From the NCBI GenBank assembly GCA_009602735.1, contig WELA01003305.1, positions 790,233 through 844,840 on the forward strand: a stretch of DNA of 54,608 bases, given 5' to 3'. Source of the stretch: Mesotaenium endlicherianum (lineage: Eukaryota). Position numbers and translations under genes: made by a program. Shown one piece after another: positions 1 through 13,559 of this stretch (position 1 is the stretch's first letter; each line of letters starts with the position of its first letter). The notes beneath the pieces are model-generated. The model searched no databases. It was not told the origin of the DNA and was given only the letters and a program-made list of their open reading frames with translations.

Positions 1-432
1 TGGAACGAGGTAGGGGCTCTTGCGAGGGGGGAGCAAATGCACGCCGGACCTGTGGGGTATGTCCTGTGCCACGTCAGCGTGCCCCGTCACTGCATGTGCT
101 TGCGTGCATGACCCACATGCATCTCCTCATGCATACATGCCCGGGCCAGACTTATTTATCTATCATCAACCTGGTGATTATTTCTGAGGCATTTGTCGTA
201 CAGCAATAGCAAAGGCAAGACATAGCTGCAAGTCTCTTTCCCCGTCCATGCAGACCTGCGCAGTGCGCGCGTGTGTATTCTAACCTCCTATAACTTCTAT
301 AGCTCGTCTCTACCCGAGGACGTGGAAGGAGATGGTCAGGCGTGCTCGTAGGATGTGAATCGATGGATGACCTGGTGGGCTGAGATGACGACACCTGGCA
401 TGGTGGCCCTTGTGTCGTCCCATGCGGTGTAG

Positions 433-2074
433 GTTGGCAGAGCGCAAGATCTTGGAAGGCCTCGCAGCGGGCGGCTACCTCCAGGGGTGCGTTCTCACTC
501 TCACTGTTCCTCGAGGGGACGGAGCTGCACAGCTTGCTCAGCTGTCTCGAGCAGCCCTTGTTGGGCATGGCAGATAGCTCCCCCTGCCTCCTGCCAGATA
601 GGCCTGTCACACCTCGAAAAGCCAAAGCGGGCTCCATTGTACCTCAAGCCAATCAAACCCAGACACCGGCCTTGACCCTCAAGGGCAATGTGGGCGTGGG
701 TGTCGACGCGGCGCGGGTGGAAGGGGGCAGATCAGTGGAGGAGATGATGGCGGAGCACCTGGGAGCGGTGTTCATGCCGCACGGCCTCGGCCACCTGCTG
801 GGCCTCGACACGCACGACGTCGGGGGCTACAACAAGGTACCCCTCCCCCCCCAACCCAAAACCACCCATACCGGGCCTTGGCTTTTGGTGGAGAGAGAGA
901 TAGTCACTTCACTTCCCCAGTGCACACGTGACATGGAGGCCAAGTGCTGCCAGTGCCGTGAGTGCCTCAGGAGGCCCCTCGAGTGCCTCGCAAAAATTGC
1001 CACTTCTCTGACTCGCATCTGCCGTTAAGGTGTAGTCGACGTCGACGCTCTCGAATGGCATGCTGAAGAAGATGGGAGGGGGGATTTGGGAAGGTGTAGC
1101 GCACGCGTGCACCCGCCATTAGCGGTTGCTGATCTTGTTCTCCCCACTTTCTCTTTCACACACACAGGCACAAATACATGCACAATTATCATTTCTTAGA
1201 GGCGAGTTGCGTTGCGCACACCCGCACTTGGTCTCGTAATCGTATCGGAGGAGACAAGGGGTGTTTGTAGCAAGACTAGGGGCTCATACTTCCAAGCAAT
1301 GCATATCTTAGCAGCTGACAGATGGCATTGGAGACGCGTTGGTTGGTTGCGGTCCCCTGTGGGAAGAAGCTTCTATTTTTCATAATATTTTTGATTTTAT
1401 TCAGCGTTTGCAGTTGGCGTGACATGTGTTGGGACAGGGGCCTGAACGGAGCGACAAACCAGGACTGCGCAGTCTGAGAACCGCGCGGTTGCTTGAGGAA
1501 GGCATGGTACGCCACCTGTCTCTCTTTGCTCTGCAATTCCAGCCCCCCCGCACCCGCAAATGAACAAACCCCACCCTTGCGTAGAGGGGCAAGTGGATGA
1601 GGGAGCTCCTTGAGTCACTGCTTGCTCTCTCCGTCATGCTGACCTTCCTGGGACCTAGAGATTATCACCACGCTTGATACTCTCAGTGACTTTTTGTCCC
1701 TGTGGAGGTAACAACCTTTTCCCCCGTCTGGGTGTTTCCTTATTGTCATGCACCATCCACCTAGACTCAGTCAAGTCAAGCGTGGGAGGCGTAAGAAGAG
1801 GGAATGGGGAGAGGGAGAGGGAGAGGCGGGGGGGGAGGGGACGTGGAGGGAGCGGGAGGGAGGGAGAGGGGAAGACGGGCTGCGCTTGGCAAAATCCTTG
1901 TGCCATGCACCGAGGCACCTTAAAGCTGAAATAACCCCAACCCTAATATCTCCCCCCTAGCTGGGCTGTGCGTGGTGCGCGCGTTGTGGTCGGCAAAGGC
2001 CATGTGCCCTACCCCCTAAGATGAATTGAGCCCTCAATGCTCAATCTTCCCTTGGGTTCTGTGTGGTGCCCCTT

Positions 2075-2163
<89 letters not shown>

Positions 2164-3056
2164 TGCAAGCAGGTGCTCACAGTGGAGCCGGGGTGCTACT
2201 TCATCGACGCCGTGCTGCTTCCAGCCATGGAGGACGCGGCCACCTCCAAGTTCTTCGTGAGCGGCGAGATGCAGAAGCTGCGGGGGACAGGTGGCGTGCG
2301 CTTGGAGGATGACGTGGTGCGTGCTTGGGCCCTGCTGGAGCCTCAAAACCTCTGGGGCTCGAAGGAGCGTGGCGTATGGTGCCACGTGTCAAGCTTGCAT
2401 GTTGCTGCCTTCAAGTCATTCACGAGTTCCAAGCGCGCGGGCATGGCCTTCACCTCGCCTGAGTCGAAAATGCTTGATAGTCAATTGCCACACTCAGTGA
2501 CCGCAAGCGAACGATTTGTGGATTGTGCATGGTCTGTTAGTGTTGGGCTACTTTGTGCCGAGGAATTGTAGGGCTTTGCCTAATTGGAGGGGTGGCCGCC
2601 ATTGGCGACCACGGCGGCCACCAAGTCTCGCGAGCAAGTATTGTTTGCCCCCATATCTACGTAATCCAAAGGGTTGAAGTGTTGTGGTGGATGAGGGATC
2701 ATGTAAGGGAGGTACTTGCTGGCCTCAAACGCACTTGGGTCATAAATAGCATTTTGGGCCGCGATGTGCTCCACTGAGCAGTTTGTTCTGTGCTAGAGCT
2801 TTGTGTCTTGCGTATTTTCAAAATACTGGTCATGAGATTCTTAGTGTCTCGCTGCCATCTCTCAGGGGGTATTTGAAGCTTGTAAGCTCAACGGCTCGAT
2901 GTTAATGGGGTGCCGCTGTTTTGCCGGCACGCATGGATGTTTGTTTGGTGTAACCTTGTGCAGGTGGTTGTATCTGCTGGAATCGAGAACATGACAAAAT
3001 GCCCAAGAAAGATTGAGGATGTTGAAGCTGTTATGGCTGGCAAGCCATGGCCTTAG
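433..3056 (+). CDS. PEPD: Xaa-Pro dipeptidase (prolidase, peptidase M24B), 3' part; exons 433-486, 731-836, 1438-1506, 2173-2316, 2964-3056; upstream exons not identified
   Basis: The exons are bounded by AG/GT and splice in frame to [104 protein letters not shown]...[39 protein letters not shown]. This contains the prolidase metal-binding motifs HGLGHxxGx[12 protein letters not shown] and GGVRxExD. Confidence 0.95.
2078..2162. repeat. Compound microsatellite (CT)n(GT)n just upstream of the splice acceptor at 2171-2172
   Basis: Directly visible; it generates the low-complexity spurious ORFs [12 protein letters not shown]. Confidence 0.98.
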
Positions 3057-3340
3057 TGTGGCGATCAAAGTTTGTGAGACACTACATTGTCTAGAAATTA
3101 ACCCTTTTAGCTACTCGTCGAGTTACAGAGTGATGCAAGGTTTTGTTGTAGTAGTTTCCCACCAACGTGTTTGTTGGGGCGCCACCCACGCACACTGTGC
3201 GAGCTCCGGAATACCTTGGTTAAAATTGTGCTTTAAACAAATAATTGTGCTCCTCACAAATTATTATAAAGTCCTCAAGATCACTCGACGCCTCCACGCC
3301 ATCGTACATTTCTTATGATGGAAGTGTAGTGTACTTATGG

Positions 3341-4150
3341 GGTCAATCAGCTGACTACTCCTTGCATGATGGTATGTAGCCTCTGAGGAGGAAGAGGAGC
3401 AAGATGAGGAGCGCAAGCAGCCAGCTCAATCTGGTGCTAGCTCTAGTAAACATGAGCAGGAGGCACGGTCTGAGGACGAGTTAGAGGAGCCCTTGGGAAG
3501 GCCCGGCAAGGTGAGAAACTTTTGTCGTCAGGTCGATCAGGCCACTATGTCAATAGGAATATTGGTTGTATTAGCTGGAGACGCAGAATAAGGCTGCTAA
3601 GGAGGATGAGGAATCAGCAAGGAGACCTTCCACATGGACGGAGATACTCAGTTTGACAGGGCAGCTAGAGATGTAGCCAAAGGGATAGTAGCAAGACCAT
3701 CTAACCATGGGAATGCGCCCACTGCCAATGTTCTTCAGCACCCTGAGGGCCCAATTTTTGTTTCTATTCATGAAAGGATAGTAGTGGAGAGGGTTGAGGT
3801 GCAATCTCCTGAAGGTCCTAGTGTGAGTGAGTCTGCTTTATTAAAGGCGAGGTGGCAAATATGCGTTTATGATTCTAGGTCTAGGTCTCTAGAGGATCCT
3901 TCTTGTGAACCCCTCCCCTAGGATGTGTAAACCATCCTCCAGTTGGCCTTGCTGAGGGTCTCTCCTTTTGCATTCCATAAAGGTCATGGGTTGAAGGTGG
4001 AGGTTATAGCTTACTTTCACTGGTGAACCCCACAGTTAGGCAACAATGTTGAAGCAAAAGGCGGAGGCTTGGAAAGAATGTTGTTAGTCCAGACCAATCT
4101 TCTATTGTCAAGGCGACAACAGTCTAAGTTGGAGGAATATTAATGAATGT
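3341..4150 (+). pseudogene. Decayed 3' end of a G-like LTR element: remnant of an ORF3 homolog, followed by hairpin, PPT and a degenerate LTR start
   Basis: GQSADYS..., SEEEEEQDEE and GNAPTANVLQHPEGPIFVSIHERIVVERVEVQSPEGPSVSESALLK...SRSRS are collinear with the C-terminus of ORF 46280-47980. TTGTCAAGGCGACAAC..TAAGTTGGAGGAA..TAATGAAT at ~4106-4148 matches the 3' ends of elements G and C. Confidence 0.75.
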
Positions 4151-5899
4151 TGTGCGTTAAGAGCTGAAGTGTGCATCAGCGGCGTAAGCAATACAAGCGA
4201 AGACAGCACGCTTTGCTGCAATGAAGTCTATAGTACATGTGGCTTAAGCCAAAAAGGGAGGCCAGCGTTTAATGTTATAATTCTCCTAGTTAAAGTGAAC
4301 ATCTCAAGACTGAAATTTCAAAGGGAACAACTAATGAGGTATGGTCCATAATATCAGATATAGCATATGGGAAGGATCTCTTTGGAGTGGTCACTGCAAG
4401 GGTTTAAGCTGTGACTTTGCTCACCACTTGTGAAGTTCTTCAAGTGCCTGGAAGTCTGCCTGGGAGAGGTCGGATTGCTCCTCACGAGAGAGACGTGGTC
4501 TTGCAAGCACAAGAGATATAAGTGTCAACTTTGCTGATAACTTTTGTCACTTAATTTTAACATGCCAATATAGGCTTGTGAAAGTTGCCTCACGAGGGGC
4601 ATCTCTTGAGCTTTATACTCCTGGAAAACCGGCGAGTTGGGGTGCAGATTCAATGCTTGAGGTCACTCTTAGAGGCCTCTCCACTTTCGCAAATGTTCAA
4701 AGGAAGTACTAGCACTCCTATAGGCTAGGCACAACTTAAACTAATCAACACTAGATGCAAGAATCTTCCAAGAGCTCCTTCGATTGAGCTTACCTTGACC
4801 AAATGTGTCACAGATAGTGCCTCAAAAGTGAGGGCACTGGTTCCTTTTTGGGTGTACACACAATTACCTTTGGGACATAGTGATGGGCTCCAAAGCTGCA
4901 TGACCATCATGATAACAGCAGATTGCAGAGACTGAGCTGCCTCGGCCACTTTCGTCTACCTCAGCTGCTCCTCTGCAAAGTTTGCGTCTGTGAGTTGAGC
5001 CATCACCTTCTTGGTGACTTTTCTAGCCAACATGCCCACTGTTCCCAACAAACATTTGACTTCTGTCATGATCTGCCGAAATCTATGTTGAATGCATAAG
5101 CCAAATTCTGGGCTAGCGTTGCTTTCCCCTTAATGAGGGATACTTTAAAGCAGATGGTCCTCTTGGAGTCATTTGACGAGGGGGAGTCAGACTTCTTTGA
5201 CTCGTCTGCTTTCTTTGCCTTGTCAACCATATGCCAATAATGCACTGGCGCTCCCTTGGCTCTTCCCGAGGGCTTTCCCAGTCCCCATTTCCAAGTTCTT
5301 TTGGAGATAAGCTTGACACGTGTGGATCGGTATTCCATCCGCTGCTGCGTCCTCACGTGGCCATGAGACCACATCTTTGTCCCATCCCCTAGTTTATTAT
5401 CATTTTTTGCGATGAGGTTAGCACCCAGGTGTACTCGCTTCTTGATAGATTCTCCCTCTCTAGGGGTACATCTCGCACTGAAATTTGCAATTGAACAGGG
5501 GCAGTTTCCCTCATTGGGGTCTGCTGCTGATTGGGTGTAGCTTTCCTCATTGGGGTCTACTGTCGAGCACATGCAGTTTCTTGTACTGGGACTTCTCTCT
5601 TTCAGCCATCTCTGCCTCCTTAACAAGGGTCTGCGCACCTCTTACTGTCCCAGCAGTTATGTTGTAGGGTGACGTTTACTCCATACGCTGGCAGACGTTT
5701 CACAACGGCCTCCATTCTAACAAAAGCACTGTCGAGCCTCTCGCTCAATTTGGCTGTGGCGACGACATGGGTCCTTTCGGAACCTCAAATGCTGCCAAGT
5801 AAGTATGGTCTCTAACAGCCATGTCATTGTATGTTGCCCAATGGCGTTATACCAAACGCCTTAGCTGTTGCCTCTTCTCCAATGGTTGCAATGATTTGA

Positions 5900-6800
5900 A
5901 AGATCCTCCTGTTTAAGAGCTCCAAACACTTTCCCTCTTCCAAACACTTTCCCGCTTCCACGCTAACTGTACGCCAATCAACGTTGATGTTATCCTTGAT
6001 CATGCCAAGAACTCCATGTCTGAAAACTCAAGACTTAATTGGAATTGTTGTAAGCGTTGGAAGAAAATCGCCTTCTTTCTCCCACTGTGTTGGCTTGGTA
6101 CTGAGGATAAGCATCTAGCTTTACCACAGGCCATACTTGTCCTCCTCCTAATAGTTTTCCCATGAGTTGAGCATTGTGTGCTCGTTGACAATGGATTTCC
6201 ATCCTCCTCAAGACTTTTGGCGGAATGCCAATTTTCCAAAAAATCCTAGCTTGTTGTGAAGATCCATCGTGCCTAAAATCATTCTCCCATGTGGGACAAC
6301 CCAGCGTAGTGTCCATGGCTCTCCTGGGTGCAGCGTATTGTACCTTTGTCTTGGGTGCACATTTTTTTTCTAGTCCGTAGAATGGTGGATTCGATTTTAC
6401 CAACAAATGATTGATGATTTTCAATACTCTGCTCGCGGGTCGTTAAATGCTCTCAACCTTTTGGCTTGAGAGAAGGGTTGGCAAGGGAAAGTAGTAAAGA
6501 CAAAGTTAATCAAATTGTGATCCAGGTACGCGGATCGGAGATTCGTGATGTCTCTAGCCCACAATTCAATGATCCCCATTTTTGCGAGCACCAAGTGAGC
6601 ATCTAACGCATTTCTCTTATAATGGCCTTGACAGCTGGCATTGCAAAAGGGCCACTGTCCAGGTAGATAAATCCGGCCACTTTCACTCTTTGGTGGATCA
6701 GTGCAATTGTTCCACCACTCAATCCATTGAACCATTCCAACACAATCACTCCCTCTTTGGGTGGTTCCTTAACTTGAATTGGTGCTTGTAGCAGCGGCGA
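5900..6800 (-). pseudogene. C5 cytosine DNA methyltransferase domain (frameshifted) inside a retroelement
   Basis: Motifs occur in canonical order: motif I VIVLEWFNGLSGG (~6710-6750), RDI, catalytic motif IV FPCQPFSQA...FNDPR (~6430-6490), motif VI FYGLE[N]V (in an expanded A-run), motif VIII-like SSQQARIFW, then PTLT. Confidence 0.85.
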
Positions 6801-7259
6801 CACCCCAAACACTAAATTCAATGCCAAATTAACTGAATAGGGCACTAGCAACAACTCTTTCAAGCCATAGTCCAGATTATGCGCAGAATTGATCAACCCT
6901 TCTCGGGTCCGTGTAAAGGCTTGGGCATATTTTGGTTTATGTAAACATCATGCTTGCGTTGTAGTGCTCCTCTCACAGATTTGGGGTCAGCTAGTTCCTC
7001 AGCTAGCTCCTTGTCGATGACGAAGCAGTCCACTTTTTTAAGGATTGGCTCGCTACAGCATACTATTCTCACAAGGATTCCTCTTGTTTGTTGATGGTCA
7101 ATTTGCTGCTAAGTCACCTTCTGCCTTCTCAGGTTGGCGACCATGCCAAATAGAATCAGAGCTTCTGTAATCGAGAATCATCAAAATTTTGTGCCTTCGT
7201 AATTGTGCATTACATCATCATCGTAGCTTCCTCAGGATTCCGTGAGTTCACCGTGAATT

Positions 7260-7524
7260 CACTGTGATTGTAGCAGGCTTGCGGATAATACCACAAGACT
7301 TAGTGAATATCTAAAAGCAGTTTGCAATTGAAAAGAACTTTCTTCCAAATCCTTCTCAGTGAGGCCCAAAGCTTTACAACTCTCTTGTCCAAAAACATTG
7401 GCAGTGCCCCTGTATCCAACAGGATCTTTGGAGCGGCCCCGTTGTATGACTTCAAGATTTTGTCTTTGTTCTGCACTTTTTACAAAGTTGAAAATGGTAG
7501 GCACCGCAACACTGTTTGCTCCTT
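7260..7524 (-). pseudogene. Retroviral-type aspartic protease remnant of the DNMT-carrying element
   Basis: The minus strand reads KILLDTGALPMFLDKRVV (DTGA at 7405-7416), continuing after a frameshift as KALGLTEKDL...FQLQTA. Confidence 0.7.
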
Positions 7525-8267
7525 TGAAAGGGGCGGAATGCCCTAGTGGAAGCATAGTGACTCACGAGGAGAAGAACTAGTTGCAATCATACTAAAGAGT
7601 GCAGCGGCATATCACTAAGAAAGCTTAGGAAAATTACTCAACATTTTGAGTGGCAGGAAACTGCTTACATATGATGTAGGATGGAAGGCCTTGTCATTAC
7701 AAACCCGTAGAAATGTACCGAAGTGAAAACTGATAAGAAACGAAGTAGTTATGTACATTTATAGTTTTCTACGACGGCCGCTCGCCCCTAGGCGGGAGGG
7801 CCGCTTAACAACGGATTTTCCTAAGTGTTTGTCAAATCGTCCCTTCTAGAATATTTGTGAGAAAGCCAGATCAGTCTCATCTGGCATGTCGGGCCGATTT
7901 GACGTCCACATGCATGCATCGAAATATCTAGAATATATTAACTTAGACGCGCTAGGCTACTCCGAAACTTCTAGGTAAATCGACCTAGTCGGCACTCCGC
8001 GTCAGCCGAACTTACGTGAAGGTTCAAATTCACTCTGACGGGCCAGATCGCTCAACGCTGTCAGTCAACCCGACGGTCGCGCTCACCGCAAATTAAGGAC
8101 AGTCGTCAACCGACCTCAAAACTAATTAAACTTCGAAAATCCATAACTCTCTCAATACTTAACCAAATTCAATGAACTTTATATCAAAATGATCACAAAA
8201 GTGCACTCTAGACTTCTATATAGTCACAACATACTTTCATGAAACTAAAATAATGCACTTTATAAAC

Positions 8268-11200
8268 CTATGACCTTACATCATCCCCCTCCTCAAGATG
8301 CGACGTCCTCGAAGCATTCTGCAGATAACGTCTCGACTTACCCTTACAATGAGTCAAGTTGGCCTCCGGCTCCCAAGTGTTGTCATCCGCATGGTAGCCT
8401 TTCCACTTGACCAGATACTCTTGAACAAATCGTTGACCTCGCTTGACTCGTCGGTCTCCGACAATGGCCTCCACTTCATACTTTAATACATCATCGATCT
8501 CGACCGGTGGTGTCGGTGTAGGTAGGCGTCCTGGATGTCCTTCATTTGGGTCAACGTATGGCAGCAAACAACTGACATGGAACATATCATGGATACGCCA
8601 GCCTGAAGGAAGTTCCAACTTGTAGGTTACTGGATTAACCTGCTTGAGCACCACCAAGGGACCTGTAAACCGTGCTCGCAGTTTCCTCTTGCCCGTGAAA
8701 GGTAGATTCTCTGTTGACACGAGTACTTTGTCGACCACGTGGAATGTCACTTCCCTCCTGTGCTTGTTAGCATGCTTGACTTGTTCTTCCTGTGCAATCT
8801 GAATACAAGTTCTTGCCATGTCCCAAATCTTGGCCATCTGCTCCATAAAAGCTTGTGTAGTAGGAACCTGAGTCTCCTTGGCCTTCTCCAATAAGATGTT
8901 CCCTGGATGATATACTTCTCTCCCATAAGCCATAGCAAATGGTGACTGCTTGGTCGATCCCTGCATGCTGTTGTTGTAGGCAAACTCCAATCCTGGCAGC
9001 TTCTTGTCCCACTCTAAAGGGTCCTCCATAGTGAAACTCATGAGCACCTCTTGCAGAGTTCTGTTGAGTCTCTCACTCTGCCCGTCCGTCTGAGGATGAT
9101 ACTTAGTGCTCATGCTCAGCTTGGTCTCCATCAAAGTAAACAATGACCGCCAAAAGTTGCTAGTAAACCTTGGATCCCGATCTGAAACAATCACCTTCGG
9201 CAACCCATGTAGCCTGAAAATATGATCAAACAATAGCCGTGCCACATCCGCTGCCGTAGAAGTCTCCTTCATGGGAATGAAGTGTGCCATCTTGCTGAGC
9301 CGATCAGACACAACCCAAACTGCATCGTGCCCTTGACCACTCACTGGTAACGACGTGATGAAGTCCATCGCAATCTCCTCCCAAGGATACTATGGGATTG
9401 GCATAGGCTGCAATGTACCTTCCTTCTTTTGATTTGGTGTCTTGTTACGCTGGCACGCATCGCAACTCCTGATCCACTCCTCGATGTCCTTGTCCATATT
9501 TCTCCAATAGTACTCCCGCTTCAGCACGCTTGCCGTCTTCTCGTTTCCAAAGTGTCTAGCATACAAGCAATCATGATGCTCCGCAAGTAGTAAGTCTCGT
9601 AGCTCCTTGATGTCAGGTACCACCACTCTCTTGGAATCACCATAATACCATATGCCGTCCTTTTTTCTGCATACTCGAGTTGGACTTAGCTGCTCCACGA
9701 TCAGCAAACTCTGGGTCCTCCTCATAACCTCTCTGAAGCTTCTTTTTGAAGTCCATACTCTCCTTGATGACTGAGACAGCTGCAAGGTCACATCTTTTGG
9801 ATAAAGCGTCTGCAGGGTTGATCTTCCCAAGTAAGTACTCANAGTAAGTACTCAGTCTTGGGGTCAAACTTTGCAGAAACTCCATCCACCTTGCTTGTCT
9901 TGGTGTCAATGTTGGATCCGTCATAAACTTCTCCAAGCTCTTGTGGTCGGTCTTTATGAACACCTTCCGGCCGTCCACATAACATCGCCAAATCCTCAAA
10001 GTCTGGATAATAGCCAACATCTCTCGCTCGTGTGCTGCATANCTCGTGTGCTGCATAGTTCTGCTCCGCAAAACTCAACCTTCTGCTCTCATATGCCACA
10101 GGCTGCAATCCTTTACCCTGGTCCTGGAGAAGAATGGATCCCACTGCAAAATTTGATGCGTCCATGATGATGGTGAAAGGAAGTTCTGGACTGGCGATTG
10201 CCAACACAGGTGCCTGTGTCAATAACTCCTTAATCTTCTCAAATGCTTGCTGCTCCTTGTCACCCCATAGCCAATTCTCCTGCTTCTTCAACATGTCCGT
10301 GAGCGGTGCACACACCTTGGCAAATCCTTCAATGAAACGTCGATAAGAATTCGCCATGCCGAGGAAACTCCTGAGTTGATGAATATCAGCAGGTACCGGC
10401 CAATCTCTGACTGCTTGCACCTTCTTCTGCTCCCCCTTGACTCCTTCGACTCCCACTATGTGCTCAAGGAACTCGACCTCCTTGAGACAGAAGTCGCACT
10501 TGCTCATCTTTCCATATAGTTTTCGATCTCTCAAGACCTCCAACACCTTCCTCAGATGCTCCACATGCTCTTCCAAGGTCTTCAAATAGATCAGGATGTC
10601 GTCCAAAAATACCTCCACAAACTGGTCCAAGTAGGGTCTGAGTCCCATGAATGTAGCAGGTGTATTGGTCAATCCAAAAGGCATGACTGTGAACTCGAAT
10701 AATCCATAACGAGTCCTAAAAGCAGTCTTCTGAACGTCTCCTTCTACAATTCGTACCTGGTGATAGCCACTCCTCAAATCGATCTTCGAGAAATACTTCG
10801 CCTCAACAAGCCTGTCAATTAACTCGTCCATTTGTGGAAGTGGGTACCTGTTCTTGATGGTGACCTTTTTGAGTGCCCGGTAGTCGACACACATCCTCAT
10901 AGTCCCATCCTTCTTCTTCACAAATAAGACTGGCGCTGCAAATGGAGACTCGCTGGGTCGGATGAATCCCTTCTCCAATAACTCTGTCAGCTGCTTCTTC
11001 AACTAGTCCAACTCCGCAAAAGATTGATGATAGGCGGGTCTCACTGGTTCCAAATCAATCTTGTGCTCCATAGCTCTCTGTGGAGGAAATCCTGCAGGTA
11101 GCTCCTCAGGAAAAACGCACTTGAACTTCTCCAACAGCGCCTTAAATTGGGCAAGTATCTTAGCAGGCTTCTTCTCTTGAGCAATTGGGCTCTGCTCCTT

Positions 11201-11880
11201 CTGAGCAAGGGGATCAGACACCACTACTTGCTCCTCCGGCGATGTACATTCGTCCAGGCTGTTAGGATTCACGCTTGCTCCATCTGATGACCTGGCCAGG
11301 GCCACTGAAACAAGGTACATCTCCTTCACCTGATTCGCCCTGCATAGCTTCTTAACTTGCAGGCTCGACAGAAGACAGTTACTTGTGGTCGTATCTACCT
11401 CCACCTCTTTCGCTGTCTCCATTCGACCATCACGCCCTTGGACCTTCATTTGTCCTGTGCTCCCGTGCACTTGAGGGTTGGCTTCCTTAGCCATGGTCGG
11501 CTTAATATCACCTCATGGTGACCCAACTGCGCCTGCTCCATAACTTCCTTACTCCGGTGCCCCGCTACTTCCACGTGAATAGCTTCCGTAGGTGCACCAC
11601 ACTTGAGTCTCTGCCCATTCGCCAAAACTGCCTCCTTAGGCTCGTAATGCTTGTGCACAGGGATTCGCCACTCCTTCACCAGCTTCTTGTGCACAAAGTT
11701 TGCACTTGCGCCACTGTCGACCATACACTTTGCCTCGTTGCCGTCGACTACTCCTTCCACCATAATAGGCTTGTCAACATCTCGTCTTTCGCATCTCGAC
11801 AGGCTCCTGGGGATAACCTCCTTGTGAGTTCTCGTCTTCACGCCAGCAGACACCCCAGAACGACTTACTGGCGTCCTCCC
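8268..11880 (-). pseudogene. pol: Element A pol (PR, RT, RNase H, integrase, chromodomain), disrupted
   Basis: [45 protein letters not shown]...SDRDPRFTS...HPQTDGQSER; chromodomain YEVEAIV...YLVKWKGY...TWEP. Confidence 0.95.
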
Positions 11881-12893
11881 TTTTTCTGCTGTTGAGGTTG
11901 CTTCGCCTTCTCATGACAGTCTCGAGCCAAATGTCCAAGCTTGCCACAAATATAGCAGGGTCCTCTCGGCTTAAAATTCTGCTGCCTGCGCTGGTACTGA
12001 ACAAGTCCTAACTCTATAGGTACTGGACCTTGTCCACTCGTGCTTGGCGCTTGAGATCCAAACTGTCGATGTCCTCCAAAGTTGTGGCTGCCCCACTGCC
12101 TCTGACTATACTCCACAGCGTCGACCCTTGTTGCCAATGCCATCATTTCTCCAAGACTGGTAGGGTCCTTGAGCGCCACTTCCTTGGCCACAGTTGGCTT
12201 GAGTCCCCTCTTGAACTTGTCCATCATCTCCGACTCGTGCATGGATGGACATTGAAGCACCAGCTCGTTGAAGCGCGATACATACTCCTCAATGTTTCCT
12301 CGTTGACTAGGGCGCACCAATAGATCTTGAGCAATAGCCTAGGGTGCAATAGGTTGAAATTGCCTCTTCAAGCCTTCAAATAGTTGATCAACAGTAGCAG
12401 GAACTCCAGACAGCTGCTCCTGTCGCTCATACCAAGCTCCAGCACTCTTCTTCAGCAAGGTAATCACAAAAGCAACTTGTCTGTTGGGCGTGAGCGCAGA
12501 ATACTCCATAAACTTCTTCACTCCAAAAATCCATTGATGAACAGACGGCGATCCACGCTCTCCAATATACACTTCAGGCTCAGGCGCACGCACTCCCGAT
12601 GCGGGTGGAATAACTGGTTGCACCACTGGGTTAACATGAATTGGTGGTACAACAGGTGCAGGTGCCGAACTCGTCGAAGCGACGTTCCCCATAACAACTC
12701 GCACCAATCTCTCCACCTCCTGGCGCATATTTTGTTGAAACTATGTGTAGACTTCTCCTCCAGTTGCGTTTGCCATCTGCCTGAACATTGCCTGCATCTC
12801 TTGTTGCTCCCTTGAGAAAGGTGGTGCCGTCTGCTCCACGCGCTCTACATGCTCGACATGTGCGCCTCCTCCAGTGGCCGGCTGCGACTCCAT
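11865..12893 (-). pseudogene. gag: Element A gag (in-frame stops) with CCHC zinc knuckle
   Basis: CYICGKLGHLARDC knuckle and P(I)EL motif; near-identical to element B gag. Confidence 0.9.
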
Positions 12894-13559
12894 AATATAA
12901 TATGCAAACTAGCCCAGCTCCGATACCAGATGAAAGGGGCGGAATGCCCTAGTGGAAGCGTAGTGACTCACGAGGAGAAGAACTAGTTGCAATCATACTA
13001 AAGAGTGCAGCGGCATATCACTAAGAAAGCTTAGGAAAATTACTCAACATTTTGAGTGGCAAGAAACTGCTCACAAATGATGTAGGATGGAAGGCCTTGT
13101 CATTACAAACTCGTAGAAATGTACAGAAGTGAATACTGATAAGAAATGAAGTAGTTATGTCTATTTATAGTTTTCTACGACGGCCGCTCGCCCCTAGGCG
13201 GGAGGGCCGCTTAGCAACGGATTTTCCTAAGTGTTTGTCAAATCGTCCCTTCCAGAATATTTGTGAGAAAGCCAGATCAGTCTCATCTGACGTGTCGGGC
13301 CGATTTGACGTCCACATGCATGCATCGAGATATCTAGAATATATTAACTTAGACGCGCTAGGCTACTCCAAAACTTCTAGGTAAATCGACCTAGTCGGCA
13401 CTCCGCGTCAGCCGAACTTACGTGAAGGTTCGAATTCACTCTGACGGGCCAGATCGCTCGACGCTATCGCTCAATCCGACGGTCGCGCTCATCGCGAAGG
13501 ACAGTCGTCAACCGACCTCAAAACTAGTTAAACTTTGGAAATCAATAACTCTCTCAATA

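Larger units (their letters stand above)
7525..13559 (-). mobile_element. Element A: Ty3/Gypsy chromovirus, defective; 3' LTR 7525-8280, 5' LTR 12931-~13559 (truncated by ~120 bp)
   Basis: Two homologous LTRs; the intact one has TG...CA ends. PBS TGGTATCGGAGC at 12917-12928; PPT GAGGAGGGGGATGA at 8281-8294; domain order gag-PR-RT-RH-INT-CHD. Confidence 0.95.

Noticed and set aside
152..2571. Long ORFs 152-637, 534-1028 and 2026-2571 as standalone genes
   Set aside because: They are antisense frames or exon-plus-intron read-through of the spliced prolidase gene and the microsatellite.
5066..5638. 190-aa minus-strand ORF as reverse transcriptase of the DNMT element
   Set aside because: No RT motifs are visible; it is partly built from a short tandem duplication (~5500-5560) and its function cannot be assigned.
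9830..10060. Short duplications flanking single N bases (9842, 10042; also 45557) that shift the frame
   Set aside because: The same 12-15 nt appears on both sides of the N at 9842 and 10042, typical of unmerged contig overlaps; these are assembly artefacts rather than biology.
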